Made by a program: the position numbers and the translations under genes. A DNA stretch of 64,000 nt, taken from NCBI GenBank assembly GCA_024654525.1, contig JANLHI010000032.1:172-64171 (forward strand), read 5' to 3'. Each line of letters opens with the position of its first letter. Positions within the stretch are counted from its first letter, which is position 1. Below the pieces are notes generated by a model that was not told the origin of the DNA, did not search any database, and saw nothing but the letters and a program-made list of their open reading frames with translations. Below, piece after piece: positions 18,709 through 29,250 of this stretch. This DNA is from Patescibacteria group bacterium (GTDB taxonomy: Bacteria > Patescibacteriota > Minisyncoccia > UBA6257 > 2-01-FULL-56-20).

Positions 18709-20544
18709 ATGTCACGTATTACAAAAAATATTCTTTGGGCGATTGTGACCCTTCTCGTTATCTCGTTTGTATTCTCTCTATTTTCAAGCGAAATAGCATC
18801 CCCTGAAAAAATCAGCGTAAGCGAGCTTGCTCAAAAAATAGTTGCGGGAGAAGTACAAGAGATCACTATCAACGGTGATGATCTTGAAATAAAACTCCAA
18901 GGAGGATCAACCGCAATTACCAAAAAAGAAACAGAGGCTGGACTTACGGAAACTCTCAAAAATCTCGGCGTCTCTTCTGAGGCAATTCAAGGAATACATG
19001 TAAACATACAAAGTCCTTCGGGATTTCAATTCTGGGCGGGAATACTGATTCCCACATTGCTTCCCATACTCATCATCGGCTTCTTCTTCTGGCTTATGTT
19101 CCGCCAAGCACGCACCGGTGCAAATCAGGCGTTTAGTTTCGGCAAATCTAATATTCGCCTCACTACACTCGATAAGGAGAAAGTTCTTTTCAAGGATGTT
19201 GCGGGACTCAAAGAAGCAAAAGAAGAGCTTTTTGAAATTGTAGATTTCCTCAAAAATCCAAAAAAATTTCACGACCTTGGTGCGCGTATCCCCCGCGGAG
19301 TACTTCTTATGGGGTCTCCCGGTACGGGGAAAACGCTTATCGCGCGAGCAGTCGCGGGTGAAAGCAACGTTCCCTTTTTCCATATCTCCGCGTCGGAGTT
19401 CGTGGAGATGTTTGTGGGAGTGGGCGCCTCGCGTACACGCGATGCGTTTGCGGTTGCGAAAAAAGCATCCCCCGCAATCCTTTTTATTGATGAAATTGAT
19501 GCAGTCGGACGTCAGCGTGGCACAGGTGTAGGAGGAGGCAACGACGAGCGCGAACAAACTCTCAATCAAATTCTTGTGGAACTTGATGGCTTTGATCGCG
19601 ACACGCGTGTCATCGTACTTGCCGCAACAAACCGACCGGATGTATTGGATCCCGCGCTCCTTCGTCCAGGACGCTTTGATCGACGCGTAGTTCTTGATCT
19701 TCCTGACCTGAATGACCGCGAAGCGATCCTCAAAATTCACGCACAAGGAAAAATTCTTGCCACCGCAGTTGATTTGCGGAAAGTGGCGGTACGCACCCCC
19801 GGGTTCTCTGGCGCTGATCTTGCCAACTTGATGAATGAAGCGGCAATCCTCACCGCACGCGCAAATAAAAAACAAACCGGTCAAGATGAACTTTTCAGCG
19901 CGGTGGAAAAAGTACTTCTCGGTCCCGAACGCAAAAGCCGTGCCATCAGCCCGCGTGAAAAAGAAATCACCGCATATCACGAAGCAGGACACGCACTCAC
20001 TGCGGCGTCGCTTAAAAATGCAGATCCCGTGCATAAAGTATCCATCATCAGCCGCGGTATGGCAGGAGGGTATACTATGAAACTTCCGATAGAGGAACAA
20101 CATCTTCGCACACGCAACCAATTCCTAACCGACTTAATAATGATGCTTGGGGGTTACGTCTCCGAGAAACTTACCTTTGGAGACATTTCCACCGGTGCCT
20201 CAAACGACTTGAAACAGGCGACTGAACTTGCGCACCGATTGGTTACCAAATACGGCATGAGTGAAAAAATGGGACCTCAAACATTCGGGAAATCCGATGA
20301 AATGGTTTTCCTCGGAAGGGAAATTGTCGTAGAAAAAGATTATTCGGAAAAGATAGCGGCACAGATTGATGACGAGATTCGCTTTCTCATTACTCACGCA
20401 CATGAAAGCGCAAAGAAGATTTTGAGCACGCACAAAGCGGCGCTCAAAGCAATTGCCGTAACGCTTATCGAGAAAGAAACACTTGAACAGGAAGAGTTTT
20501 TGAATGTTTTGAAGCCGTTCAAGATTAAGCCGGTGAGCGCGTAA
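18709..20544 (+). CDS. ftsH: ATP-dependent zinc metalloprotease FtsH
   Basis: Two TM helices, [30 protein letters not shown]. Confidence 0.98.
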   Translation: MSRITKNILWAIVTLLVISFVFSLFSSEIASPEKISVSELAQKIVAGEVQEITINGDDLEIKLQGGSTAITKKETEAGLTETLKNLGVSSEAIQGIHVNIQSPSGFQFWAGILIPTLLPILIIGFFFWLMFRQARTGANQAFSFGKSNIRLTTLDKEKVLFKDVAGLKEAKEELFEIVDFLKNPKKFHDLGARIPRGVLLMGSPGTGKTLIARAVAGESNVPFFHISASEFVEMFVGVGASRTRDAFAVAKKASPAILFIDEIDAVGRQRGTGVGGGNDEREQTLNQILVELDGFDRDTRVIVLAATNRPDVLDPALLRPGRFDRRVVLDLPDLNDREAILKIHAQGKILATAVDLRKVAVRTPGFSGADLANLMNEAAILTARANKKQTGQDELFSAVEKVLLGPERKSRAISPREKEITAYHEAGHALTAASLKNADPVHKVSIISRGMAGGYTMKLPIEEQHLRTRNQFLTDLIMMLGGYVSEKLTFGDISTGASNDLKQATELAHRLVTKYGMSEKMGPQTFGKSDEMVFLGREIVVEKDYSEKIAAQIDDEIRFLITHAHESAKKILSTHKAALKAIAVTLIEKETLEQEEFLNVLKPFKIKPVSA

Positions 20545-20570
20545 CCTTTGCGTATGGTAGAATATCACCT

Positions 20571-21704
20571 ATGCGCCACAACCCGCAGAAGAGAGGAAAA
20601 AGAGCGCCTTGCGCGTTCTTTTTCTTTGCGCTCCTTCTCGTGATAAGCGGAGGAGTGTTTATAAGCGTGGATTATGCTCGCGCTCAAACCGCACAAGACA
20701 GGAAATCTTCCCTACTCTCATCTTCGGCTCCCTCGCCTAAAGTGAAAATCATCTTGGATGAATATACGAACGTTACGAAAGAAACGTATACCTGCGCAGA
20801 TGGATCTCAACAATGTCTTTTGTTTATTGAAAACCAAACTTCTATGGAAGACAAGGTTGTCTTTCACTACCAATACACTCCCGAGGATTCCAATGTCTTT
20901 AGGACCGAAATCAGGAGATACAGCGACGACTTTACGAATACATACCGGCGCGCGCAATGTGTGATTACTTCTCAATTTAATCAAACAACACGAAAGGGGC
21001 ATAGTACCAACATATGTAACGACCAAAAGGCACCAATATTTGATACGGATATTTCTTATGACCCTGCGTTTTCACTTCTATCTCCAAGTTTTTCAAAAGG
21101 CATTGGAAGTGCAAGTACAAAAGGATCACTATCCTCTCTCACAAAATATATTACCCGGAAAGATGTTACTGAGGATGGAAAAGCATATTTGATTCTTGAC
21201 GGCGGAGACCCCGATGTGTTCTATAACATTCCCCTTACCGTTTCCGCAGGAACTCTTATTTCTTCGCTCAGCGATGCAAATGTAGGGCAAACCATTAGAA
21301 TGGGTTATTTTGTTTCACGACCGATTCTCTGTAGTAAAATCAGGGTCGCAAATCAACCGGTAAAAGGGAATTGCGCCGTAGATGTTGTGGTGCGCGGACA
21401 AAGCAAAACCGATATTACTCCTTCTATCGAAAATGTTGCCTATTATGATTATTCCTTCTATCTTCCGACCGCAAACTTTGGTCAATCACGTCGTGGAGAA
21501 ATGAACTTTCCGTACTTTGAGCCCGAAATAGTGCCCGCGAACAAAGTTTCTAAAACAGCACGAGAAAGACCTTCCTCATTTTCTACCAATGCGGCCGTAC
21601 GACAACTTCAAATTCTCATCCAAACACTTCGTTCAAAAGTCAGGTCTATGCAAGTACAAATCGATCAGGCAGAGCGCATATATAACATGCGGCGCATCAA
21701 CTAA
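20571..21704 (+). CDS. Hypothetical exported protein
   Basis: Signal-peptide-like N-terminus (ARA-Q), paired cysteines, C-terminal coiled coil. Confidence 0.7.
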   Translation: MRHNPQKRGKRAPCAFFFFALLLVISGGVFISVDYARAQTAQDRKSSLLSSSAPSPKVKIILDEYTNVTKETYTCADGSQQCLLFIENQTSMEDKVVFHYQYTPEDSNVFRTEIRRYSDDFTNTYRRAQCVITSQFNQTTRKGHSTNICNDQKAPIFDTDISYDPAFSLLSPSFSKGIGSASTKGSLSSLTKYITRKDVTEDGKAYLILDGGDPDVFYNIPLTVSAGTLISSLSDANVGQTIRMGYFVSRPILCSKIRVANQPVKGNCAVDVVVRGQSKTDITPSIENVAYYDYSFYLPTANFGQSRRGEMNFPYFEPEIVPANKVSKTARERPSSFSTNAAVRQLQILIQTLRSKVRSMQVQIDQAERIYNMRRIN

Positions 21705-21726
21705 AACTCAAGGGGCTAAAAAGGGG

Positions 21727-21799
21727 TGGGTCAGGAAGGACTCGAACCTTCGATCGCCAAGGTATAAGCTTGGTGCTTTAGCCACTAAGCTACTGACCC
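21727..21799 (-). tRNA. tRNA-Ile(TAT)
   Basis: gggtcag/ctgaccc acceptor stem, ccaag-CTTATAC-cttgg anticodon arm, GTTCGAG T-loop. Confidence 0.9.
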
Positions 21800-21804
21800 A
21801 TATC

Positions 21805-22395
21805 TCACTGCTTTATTATCGTATCAAACCGATCCATCGCTTGTCCGGCTTGGCTATTAAAAGAATTAATCGCTTGCGCCTCCGCATTAATCTGATTCAC
21901 CAACACCGCCACCTGCTTCGCTGCGCCTGGTATTCCACTGAAACGATCGCGAAGCGCTTGTAAAAGGTTGCTTAAATAGTTGCTGTAACTTATCAACCGG
22001 TTTAACAGTGCAAGCCGACTTGCAATTGATTCAAGTGCCGCTTGTCTTGCCTCAAACGATTGGATTCCCGAAAGTGCCTTTGTCATAATACTTATCTCAT
22101 CCGCAAGCGCCACCGCCTGCTCCCTGATATCTTGGCTCTTTTCCGTGGCGCCAAGCGTTATTGCAAGCGCTTCCGGAAAATCTCCTTTCTTATCAAGCTC
22201 GCTTATCTTTTCGAGACTCTTTGAAGAATCATTCGAAAGATTCACGATGTTTTGAGCAATAAGCGCGCCTCGAAGCCGCGCATCCTGAAATTCAGAGGGT
22301 ATATTTCCGGACGAAGAAAAAAGGCGACTTGCACCATATCCTCCCACCACAATAGCTATAAATACTATAAATAACTTAGTTCGTTGAGACATCAC
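21805..22395 (-). CDS. Hypothetical membrane-anchored helical protein
   Basis: N-terminal TM followed by an all-alpha Ala/Leu-rich body. Confidence 0.75.
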   Translation of the reverse strand: MMSQRTKLFIVFIAIVVGGYGASRLFSSSGNIPSEFQDARLRGALIAQNIVNLSNDSSKSLEKISELDKKGDFPEALAITLGATEKSQDIREQAVALADEISIMTKALSGIQSFEARQAALESIASRLALLNRLISYSNYLSNLLQALRDRFSGIPGAAKQVAVLVNQINAEAQAINSFNSQAGQAMDRFDTIIKQ

Positions 22396-22499
22396 GTTGC
22401 ACTCTTTGTACCTTATTTCAAAAAAATCCGCAACATATGGATCTCTTTTTATAAAAACCGAATCATGCTACATAGCGCGGTATGATGGCGTAGTAATAA

Positions 22500-22720
22500 G
22501 AAACGTAGCTATTCGAAAGCATAAAAGAAAATTACGAGAAAATAGCTACTCCTCTACCATAATTAGTGCGTATCTCGGAATATCTAAAAATACACTGCGT
22601 GATTGATTTAGAGATAAACCTTTGCGCACGAGTGTATAGAATTTTAGAGGAAAACAACCGGATTACCACTCGAAAATTCTAGAAAGACTAAAATTGATCA
22701 TCTAGAAAATAAATCGTCAA
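22500..22720 (+). pseudogene. Probable decayed helix-turn-helix protein gene
   Basis: KLRENSYSSTIISAYLGISKNTLRD*FRDKPL reads as an HTH with a Trp-to-stop change and further stops downstream. Confidence 0.45.
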
Positions 22721-22856
22721 TAAATAAAAGAAAGTTGCCTTATGGGACCGCCCGCGTTACCATTGTGAACAGAAATGATTCCTCAAAAGGAGTGGGGGAC
22801 ACCGTGAAACAATGGGAGGGGGATTTCCCTGGCATCCTTTCACAAACACAACAACC

Positions 22857-22927
22857 GCGGGCGTAGTATAGTGGCAGTACGGAACCCTTCCAAGGTTCAG
22901 GTACGGGTTCGATCCCCGTCGCCCGCT
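22857..22927 (+). tRNA. tRNA-Gly(TCC)
   Basis: gcgggcg acceptor stem, gaacc-CTTCCAA-ggttc, U discriminator. Confidence 0.95.
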
Positions 22928-22930
22928 CAC

Positions 22931-23446
22931 TTATTTGCTTGAAAAAAGTTTGATTGTTACCGCCACCTCCTCGGGAATACCATCGATACACGGGTATCGT
23001 TTTATTTCTTCCGCATTCACCCATGCATAATCGGTAAATGATCCCTGCTCCATCTTCACCTCACCACTCTTATAACGCGCAGCAAATTTAATAAGAATCG
23101 AGGGCGTTCCATCCGGGCGCACAAAAGCAGTGTTATTTATATATAAAAGCGGCAACTCAATCTCAATACCCGCCTCTTCTCGCACCTCTCTCCGCAAAAG
23201 ACCCTCCACGACATCCTCAAAATCCAACACATCACCATTGATCCTTGTCGGCTTTGAAATAGCGAGATCCTTCCACTCAAGCTTCCCACCCGGCACACAA
23301 TACCGCCCCGGATGCACCTTCTCTTCTTTGCTTCGTTTCAAAACAAGACACCGAGCATCACTCTCGCGATATACCACTACATTCGCAACAAAATAGAAAA
23401 GCTTTTCTAGCTTTGCATATTCAATACTTATTTTATCCGCAGGCAT
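22931..23446 (-). CDS. NUDIX hydrolase
   Basis: PGGKLE...LRREVREEAGI, with an insertion inside the Nudix box. Confidence 0.85.
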   Translation of the reverse strand: MPADKISIEYAKLEKLFYFVANVVVYRESDARCLVLKRSKEEKVHPGRYCVPGGKLEWKDLAISKPTRINGDVLDFEDVVEGLLRREVREEAGIEIELPLLYINNTAFVRPDGTPSILIKFAARYKSGEVKMEQGSFTDYAWVNAEEIKRYPCIDGIPEEVAVTIKLFSSK

Positions 23447-24690
23447 TACTTTGCAATTTTCACTCTGAAAAAGTGACGTTTGCCGATTTGGACAACGTCT
23501 CCATCTTTAATATCGCCAATCGTTTCTTGCGGATTCACTACCTTCTTTTCATTTATTTTAAATCCTCCCTGCACCACAAGTCTCCGTGCTTCACTTTTAC
23601 TTTTTGTAACACCGGAAATCTCTACGAGTAGGGTGGGAGTTGTATTACTACTTAAAGTGTTTGGTGGAACAAGTAAAATTTCCAACTCGCCCGATAAATC
23701 TTTTTGCGAAAATAGTTTCTCCCACTTCTCACGAGCTCTCTCTGCATCCTTCTCACTGCAATACGTTTTTACAATCTCGGATGCCAATATAAGTTTGGCA
23801 TCTCGTGGATTGTCAAACTCAGAAAGTTTTTTAACCTCACCAAGAGACATACCAGTCGATAACTCAGCGACATTAGTTATCATCCCGTCCGGTAAAGCCA
23901 TCACGCGACCAAACATATTATCCGGTTCATCATCAAGATTCACTAAGCTCGCTTCAGTTTTACTCAATTTCTTCCCAGTACTCGAATCCACAAGCAATTT
24001 CACCGCAGCATAGAAACTCTCTAATTTCTTAGACTTCCTATCTTGATGCCGAAAACCACGACCAATACTCATATTAAATATTTGATCATTACCACCAATC
24101 TCCACATCAACATTAAGCTCTCTACTATCCCAGCCCTGCAAAAGAGGGTAAATAAATTCTCTTAGTTCTATTGATTTGCCCTGCGCTATTCTCTCCGTAA
24201 AGTCACGCCTTACTAGAAGATTCTGCACATTAAAAGCACCTAGTAAGTTATTGATAAAATCTTTTGCGGTCATTTTTTCAAACCACTCCGAGTTGCACCT
24301 TATTCGCGCAGGATTTTTCCCCTTAAAACTAAGTATGCGAGACGCCTGCTCTTTAAAGGTTTTCAAATTTTCTCTAACTTCCTCAGGCGAAAGGGGCTGT
24401 CGCGCAGCCATTTTATCAGTCGGATCTCCAATTCGAGCGGTAAAATCTCCTATAAGAAAAATTACCTTGTGACCAAGGTCTTGAAATCTGCGGAGCGTCC
24501 ACAAACCCACCGCATGACCAAGATGAAGATGTTGGCTAGTGGGATCAATACCAATATAGAAAGACAGTTGCCGTCCACTAAGCAACTCCTTCTCAAGCAC
24601 CTTACTTGAAGGACACACCTCATTAAGTGAGCGCGTAAGAGCCTCCCTCACAAGCACTTTATCTTTCTTTATCCCTATTCTACTTTCCAT
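23446..24690 (-). CDS. tyrS: Tyrosine--tRNA ligase
   Basis: YIGIDPT..HLHLGH, IGDPT, YPLLQGWD, GGNDQ, KLSKT, C-terminal S4 domain. Confidence 0.96.
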   Translation of the reverse strand: MESRIGIKKDKVLVREALTRSLNEVCPSSKVLEKELLSGRQLSFYIGIDPTSQHLHLGHAVGLWTLRRFQDLGHKVIFLIGDFTARIGDPTDKMAARQPLSPEEVRENLKTFKEQASRILSFKGKNPARIRCNSEWFEKMTAKDFINNLLGAFNVQNLLVRRDFTERIAQGKSIELREFIYPLLQGWDSRELNVDVEIGGNDQIFNMSIGRGFRHQDRKSKKLESFYAAVKLLVDSSTGKKLSKTEASLVNLDDEPDNMFGRVMALPDGMITNVAELSTGMSLGEVKKLSEFDNPRDAKLILASEIVKTYCSEKDAERAREKWEKLFSQKDLSGELEILLVPPNTLSSNTTPTLLVEISGVTKSKSEARRLVVQGGFKINEKKVVNPQETIGDIKDGDVVQIGKRHFFRVKIAK

Positions 24691-24716
24691 ATATTAACCT
24701 CAATTCTACAATGAAA

Positions 24717-24739
24717 ACCCCGCTTCTCAAAAGCGGGGT
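24717..24739 (-). terminator. Intrinsic terminator after clpP
   Basis: accccgctt/aagcggggt stem followed by a T run on the minus strand. Confidence 0.65.
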
Positions 24740-24767
24740 GAATCATACGGCGAGTAAGAGTTCTTAC

Positions 24768-25349
24768 CTATGACTTCTTCACTATCTCATCTACCAGCCC
24801 ATATTCTTTCGCTTCCGCGGCAGTCATATAGAAATCGCGATCGGTATCTTTTTCAATTTTCCCTATCGCCTGACCGGTGTGTTTTGCGAGAATCTGATTA
24901 ATTTTGTCTTTTATCTTGATAATATGCCGTGCGGTAATCTCTACTTCAATCGCCTGTCCCTCCACACCCCCCATCACTTGGTGAAGTAAAATTTCCGAAT
25001 TTGGGAGCGCAAATCTTTTCCCTTTTTTTCCCGCACCAAGAAGCACCGCTCCCATGGATGCCGCCATGCCCACACACATCGTTACCACATCGGGCTTTAC
25101 GTATTGCATGGTGTCATAAATTGCGAGTCCTGCCGTTACCGATCCCCCAGGGCTGTTCAGATACAACTTGATATCTTTCTTTGCATCTTCGTGTTCGAGA
25201 AAAAGAAGTTGCGCGATCACGGTATTCGCCACCGAATCGGTTACCGGACCTCCCAAGAAAATAATTCGTTCTTTAAGAAGCCTCGAGTAGATATCATACG
25301 CACGCTCACCGTACTGCGATTTTTCAATTACTGTTGGTACAAGATTCAT
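24768..25349 (-). CDS. clpP: ATP-dependent Clp protease proteolytic subunit
   Basis: [31 protein letters not shown]. Confidence 0.98.
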   Translation of the reverse strand: MNLVPTVIEKSQYGERAYDIYSRLLKERIIFLGGPVTDSVANTVIAQLLFLEHEDAKKDIKLYLNSPGGSVTAGLAIYDTMQYVKPDVVTMCVGMAASMGAVLLGAGKKGKRFALPNSEILLHQVMGGVEGQAIEVEITARHIIKIKDKINQILAKHTGQAIGKIEKDTDRDFYMTAAEAKEYGLVDEIVKKS

Positions 25350-25391
25350 AATAATAAATATAAAGAATGGCGAATCAAGAATCCAGAAAGA

Positions 25392-27392
25392 TTAGAGAAA
25401 TGGCACGAGCAATAATGCGATGATATTAATAATTTTAATCACCGGATTGATTGCGGGTCCTGCAGTATCTTTATACGGATCACCCACCGTATCACCCGTC
25501 ACTGCCGCCTTATGAGCATCCGATCCTTTGCCTCCAAAATTCCCTTCTTCAATATACTTCTTCGCATTATCCCATGCCGCACCTCCGGAAGTCATCGAAA
25601 TCGCCACAAAAAGACCGGTGACAATCGATCCCAAAAGTAGTCCTCCTAGTGCCTTCGGCCCCATCATAAATGCGGTCGCAATCGGAATCACCACGGGCAA
25701 TAACGCAGGAATTATCATTTCCTTAATTGCCGCACGAGTCACAATATCCACACATTTCGCATAATCTGGTTTTGCCGTCCCCTCCATAATTCCCGGAATT
25801 TCCCGGAATTGACGTCGCACTTCTTGAACCACACTACTTGCCGCTTTCCCTACCGCATTCATTGAGATTGACGCGAAAAGATATGGGATCATTCCACCGA
25901 TAAGAAGTCCCGCGATAACTAATGGATCGCTCAAATCAAAAGTGATTCCCACATGAGAAAGTCCTATGTCATGTACATATGAAGCGAAAAGCACTACCGC
26001 CGCAAGACCCGCGGACCCAATTGCATATCCTTTCGTGATAGCTTTTGTTGTGTTCCCCACCGCATCAAGCGCGTCCGTAACTTCGCGCACCGAACTCGGA
26101 AGTCCCGCCATCTCGGCAATACCTCCCGCATTATCAGTGATAGGACCGAAGGCATCAATCGCAATAATAATTCCCGCCATCGAGAGCATGCTCATCACTG
26201 CAAGTGCGACACCATACAATCCCGAAACAGCGTATGACGTAAGAACTCCTCCCACAATGACAATCACTGGCAACGCCGTCGCTTCCATACCCACGGAAAG
26301 CCCCGCAATAATATTGGTACCATGTCCGGTTTCAGACGCATGCACAATGGCACGTACCGGCCTAAACTTTTTTGAGGTGTAGTATTCGGTAATAAGCACT
26401 ATAAGCGCCGTTACTATAATACCCACAAGCATCGGAACAAAGAGAGGCCAATAATCGAGTAAAATTTCCGAACTATTTATCGCTCCATCATAACGATCCG
26501 CAAGAAATCCAAATCCGATAAGAGACAAGATACTCGACGCAATAAGTCCTTTGTAGAGCGCGCCCATAATAGATCCCGATTTCCCCAAGCGCACAAACAA
26601 AAGCCCTATTACCGATGCGATAGCCGCGACGCCCCCCATCATAAGAGGAAGAAGTACCGCGATGGGAGAATCGGGAAAAGTGAGACTCCCAAGAATCATT
26701 GCCGCAATCGCCGTAACCGCATACGTCTCAAAAAGATCGGCCGCCATTCCCGCATCATCGCCGACATTATCTCCTACATTATCTGCAATTACCGCCGGGT
26801 TACGCGGATCGTCTTCGGGAATTCCTGCTTCCACCTTCCCCACAAGGTCAGCTCCCACATCCGCTCCTTTCGTAAAAATGCCACCTCCAAGCCGAGCAAA
26901 TAAAGAAATTAAACTTCCTCCAAACCCAAGACCAATCAATGCATGTATGTTGTGTGTCGCTGCATAAAATCCCGCAACAGAGATAAGCGCCAATCCTACC
27001 ACTAACATTCCGGTTACCGCTCCACCTTCAAATGCCACTGCGAGCGCACCTCTCAATCCTTGCTTTGCCGCTTCTGCTGTTTTTACATTTGCCCGAACTG
27101 ATATGTTCATTCCCACATACCCTGCAATCCCAGACGCCACCGCGCCCACCACAAATCCGATCATGGTGACAATATTAATAAATACACCGATAAGCACCGC
27201 AATTACCACCGCGACAATCGAAATCGTTGCGTATTGACGATTCAGATACGCTTTCGCTCCGGTACGAATCGCGCTCGCAATTTCTTCCATTTTTTCATCT
27301 CCTCCCGGACGTTTCATTATCCTCATCCCTAACCACAGCGCCGATACCACAGACACCACTCCCGCAAAAATTGAGAACCCTACTGAAGACAT
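25392..27392 (-). CDS. hppA: Membrane-bound ion-translocating pyrophosphatase, predicted K+-independent type
   Basis: [36 protein letters not shown]. Confidence 0.95.
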   Translation of the reverse strand: MSSVGFSIFAGVVSVVSALWLGMRIMKRPGGDEKMEEIASAIRTGAKAYLNRQYATISIVAVVIAVLIGVFINIVTMIGFVVGAVASGIAGYVGMNISVRANVKTAEAAKQGLRGALAVAFEGGAVTGMLVVGLALISVAGFYAATHNIHALIGLGFGGSLISLFARLGGGIFTKGADVGADLVGKVEAGIPEDDPRNPAVIADNVGDNVGDDAGMAADLFETYAVTAIAAMILGSLTFPDSPIAVLLPLMMGGVAAIASVIGLLFVRLGKSGSIMGALYKGLIASSILSLIGFGFLADRYDGAINSSEILLDYWPLFVPMLVGIIVTALIVLITEYYTSKKFRPVRAIVHASETGHGTNIIAGLSVGMEATALPVIVIVGGVLTSYAVSGLYGVALAVMSMLSMAGIIIAIDAFGPITDNAGGIAEMAGLPSSVREVTDALDAVGNTTKAITKGYAIGSAGLAAVVLFASYVHDIGLSHVGITFDLSDPLVIAGLLIGGMIPYLFASISMNAVGKAASSVVQEVRRQFREIPGIMEGTAKPDYAKCVDIVTRAAIKEMIIPALLPVVIPIATAFMMGPKALGGLLLGSIVTGLFVAISMTSGGAAWDNAKKYIEEGNFGGKGSDAHKAAVTGDTVGDPYKDTAGPAINPVIKIINIIALLLVPFL

Positions 27393-27443
27393 AGTGATTA
27401 AACGTGTAACTAAAATAAAAACGACTTTTAAAGATTTAAATGT

Positions 27444-28640
27444 TTATTCTTTTTCCTCTTTACCATCATTTACCTCCTCCTTCTCAATATCTACAACTCC
27501 CCCTTCCTGTGTTTCTTCGGGGCGAGTTTGCGAACGTACATCAAGCTTCCATCCGGTAAGCTTTGCGGCAAGTCGTACATTTTGTCCGCCTTTCCCGATT
27601 GCTAAACTTAACTGATCCTCCGGCACATATACGCGCGCTTCACGACGAGGCAACACCTCCACCGATTCCGCTTTCGCCGGAGAGAGAGAGTTACCAACAA
27701 ATTCCGCGGAATCTTCGGACCACTCTATAATATCCACTTTCTCCGCGCCAAGTTCATTTGTCACCGCCATCACTCTCGTACCTCTCTGTCCCACAAGCGC
27801 TCCTACCGGATCAACTCCTTCCGCTTTTGACGCAACCGCTATTTTAGTCCTGTGTCCCGCTTCGCGCGCGATTGCCTTAACTTCAACTATTCCCTCCGCA
27901 AGTTCCGGAACTTCAAGTTCGAAAAGTTTTGCTACAAATTTCGGATGTGCACGCGATAACACAATACCCGGTAGACGTGTATCCTCCTGCACCGCAAGCA
28001 CCAAGAATCGAAGTCTTTCTCCTGACCGATAATGTTCTCCGGGAATAGACTCGTTTGCGAACATCACTCCCACAGTTCTTCCTAAATCAATATACACATG
28101 TCCCCTCTCAAACCGTTGCACAATACCACTTATAATTTGTCCTTCTTTGTCTCTCCATTCCGAGAGAATAGAATCACGCTCCGACTCCCGAAGTTTTTGC
28201 AAAATAATCTGCTTTGCAGTCTGTGCGGCGATACGACTGAATTCATCGTGCATCTCGAGAGGAAAAAGCATCTCTTCTCCCACTTTTATACTCGGCTTCA
28301 CCTTCTTCGCTTCTTCGATAAGAACGTGGCGTTCCGGATTATAACGCGGTACCACTTCTCCTTCCTCCGGCATTTCTTCAACAACACGCCCCTCTTCGCC
28401 AACCTCATTTTCCACCATACGCACCGTGGTATCGTCCGCTACTGTTTTCGCCTGCCAAAATCGTAATTCACCCGTTTTCGAATCAAGCTTCGCTTTTATT
28501 ATTTCTCCTTTTGTCCCGTATTCTTTTTTATATGCAGCTGCAAGAGACGACTCAACCGCTTCAAGTACTCGATCAGGATCAAGTCCCTTCTCTTCCGCCA
28601 CTTGGCGTAACGCCCGTGAAATGTCTTTTATATTAAGCAT
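27444..28640 (-). CDS. nusA: Transcription termination/antitermination factor NusA
   Basis: RIAAQTAKQ, S1 and KH domains, AREAG.RTK, LSLAIGKGGQNVRLA. Confidence 0.97.
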   Translation of the reverse strand: MLNIKDISRALRQVAEEKGLDPDRVLEAVESSLAAAYKKEYGTKGEIIKAKLDSKTGELRFWQAKTVADDTTVRMVENEVGEEGRVVEEMPEEGEVVPRYNPERHVLIEEAKKVKPSIKVGEEMLFPLEMHDEFSRIAAQTAKQIILQKLRESERDSILSEWRDKEGQIISGIVQRFERGHVYIDLGRTVGVMFANESIPGEHYRSGERLRFLVLAVQEDTRLPGIVLSRAHPKFVAKLFELEVPELAEGIVEVKAIAREAGHRTKIAVASKAEGVDPVGALVGQRGTRVMAVTNELGAEKVDIIEWSEDSAEFVGNSLSPAKAESVEVLPRREARVYVPEDQLSLAIGKGGQNVRLAAKLTGWKLDVRSQTRPEETQEGGVVDIEKEEVNDGKEEKE

Positions 28641-28775
28641 GACTTTTTGTAATCTACTTCAAATAGTACTCCCCTGATTCATCCCACGCTACTCATATTG
28701 CCTGATATCACGAGAAGTCCGAAATAGATCTTTTTAATTTAAAAATTCCGCTTTCTGCGGAATCGATACTTCTCC

Positions 28776-28804
28776 ACCATACCCCTTGTTTATATCGTTG
28801 TCAA
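28776..28804 (-). promoter_or_regulatory. Sigma70-type promoter upstream of nusA
   Basis: TTGACA-N17-TATGGT on the minus strand. Confidence 0.55.
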
Positions 28805-28828
28805 TGACAGTATTTTTACCATCAGTGC

Positions 28829-29194
28829 CTATCCAATATTTTCATAGTGAGTTATTTTAGGACCCTCTCCATCATCTACAACCGTCACTGCGACGAGATC
28901 TATTTGCCATCCCTCCCCCACCAGATCATCCCACTCGTTAGCAAATGCAGTACAAATCCTCCTTAATATACGAGTTTTCCTTGCGGTAACATTATCCTCC
29001 GGAGAGAGAGCTCCCAACCGCATGGTCTTTACCTCCACAAAAACAAGGGGGCCTTTCTTTTTCTTGGCAATAATATCTATTTCCCCATACGGCTTTAAAT
29101 AATTCCTCTCAATAATCGAATATCCCTTTCCTTTAAGAAAATTTACTGCAATCTCTTCTCCCAACTTTCCTATTTCCCCACCTTTCATACCCAT
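28829..29194 (-). CDS. yraN: YraN family (UPF0102) endonuclease
   Basis: G..GE..A..FL..KGY.I.ERN, GEIDII, VFVEVK. Confidence 0.92.
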   Translation of the reverse strand: MGMKGGEIGKLGEEIAVNFLKGKGYSIIERNYLKPYGEIDIIAKKKKGPLVFVEVKTMRLGALSPEDNVTARKTRILRRICTAFANEWDDLVGEGWQIDLVAVTVVDDGEGPKITHYENIG

Positions 29195-29250
29195 ATAATA
29201 TCATTATTGCCGAAAATTTTTGTAATATGAATTAGATTTAAATTTCTTTC

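Noticed and set aside
18907-20121. 404-aa antisense ORF, and similar long shadow ORFs such as 6334-7284 and 38321-38980
   Set aside because: They lie opposite well-supported genes such as ftsH and carry no recognisable motifs.
22604-22606. TGA recoding (genetic code 4 or 25)
   Set aside because: Long conserved genes have no internal TGA, and dcd and ORF 47615 end in TGA at sensible positions.
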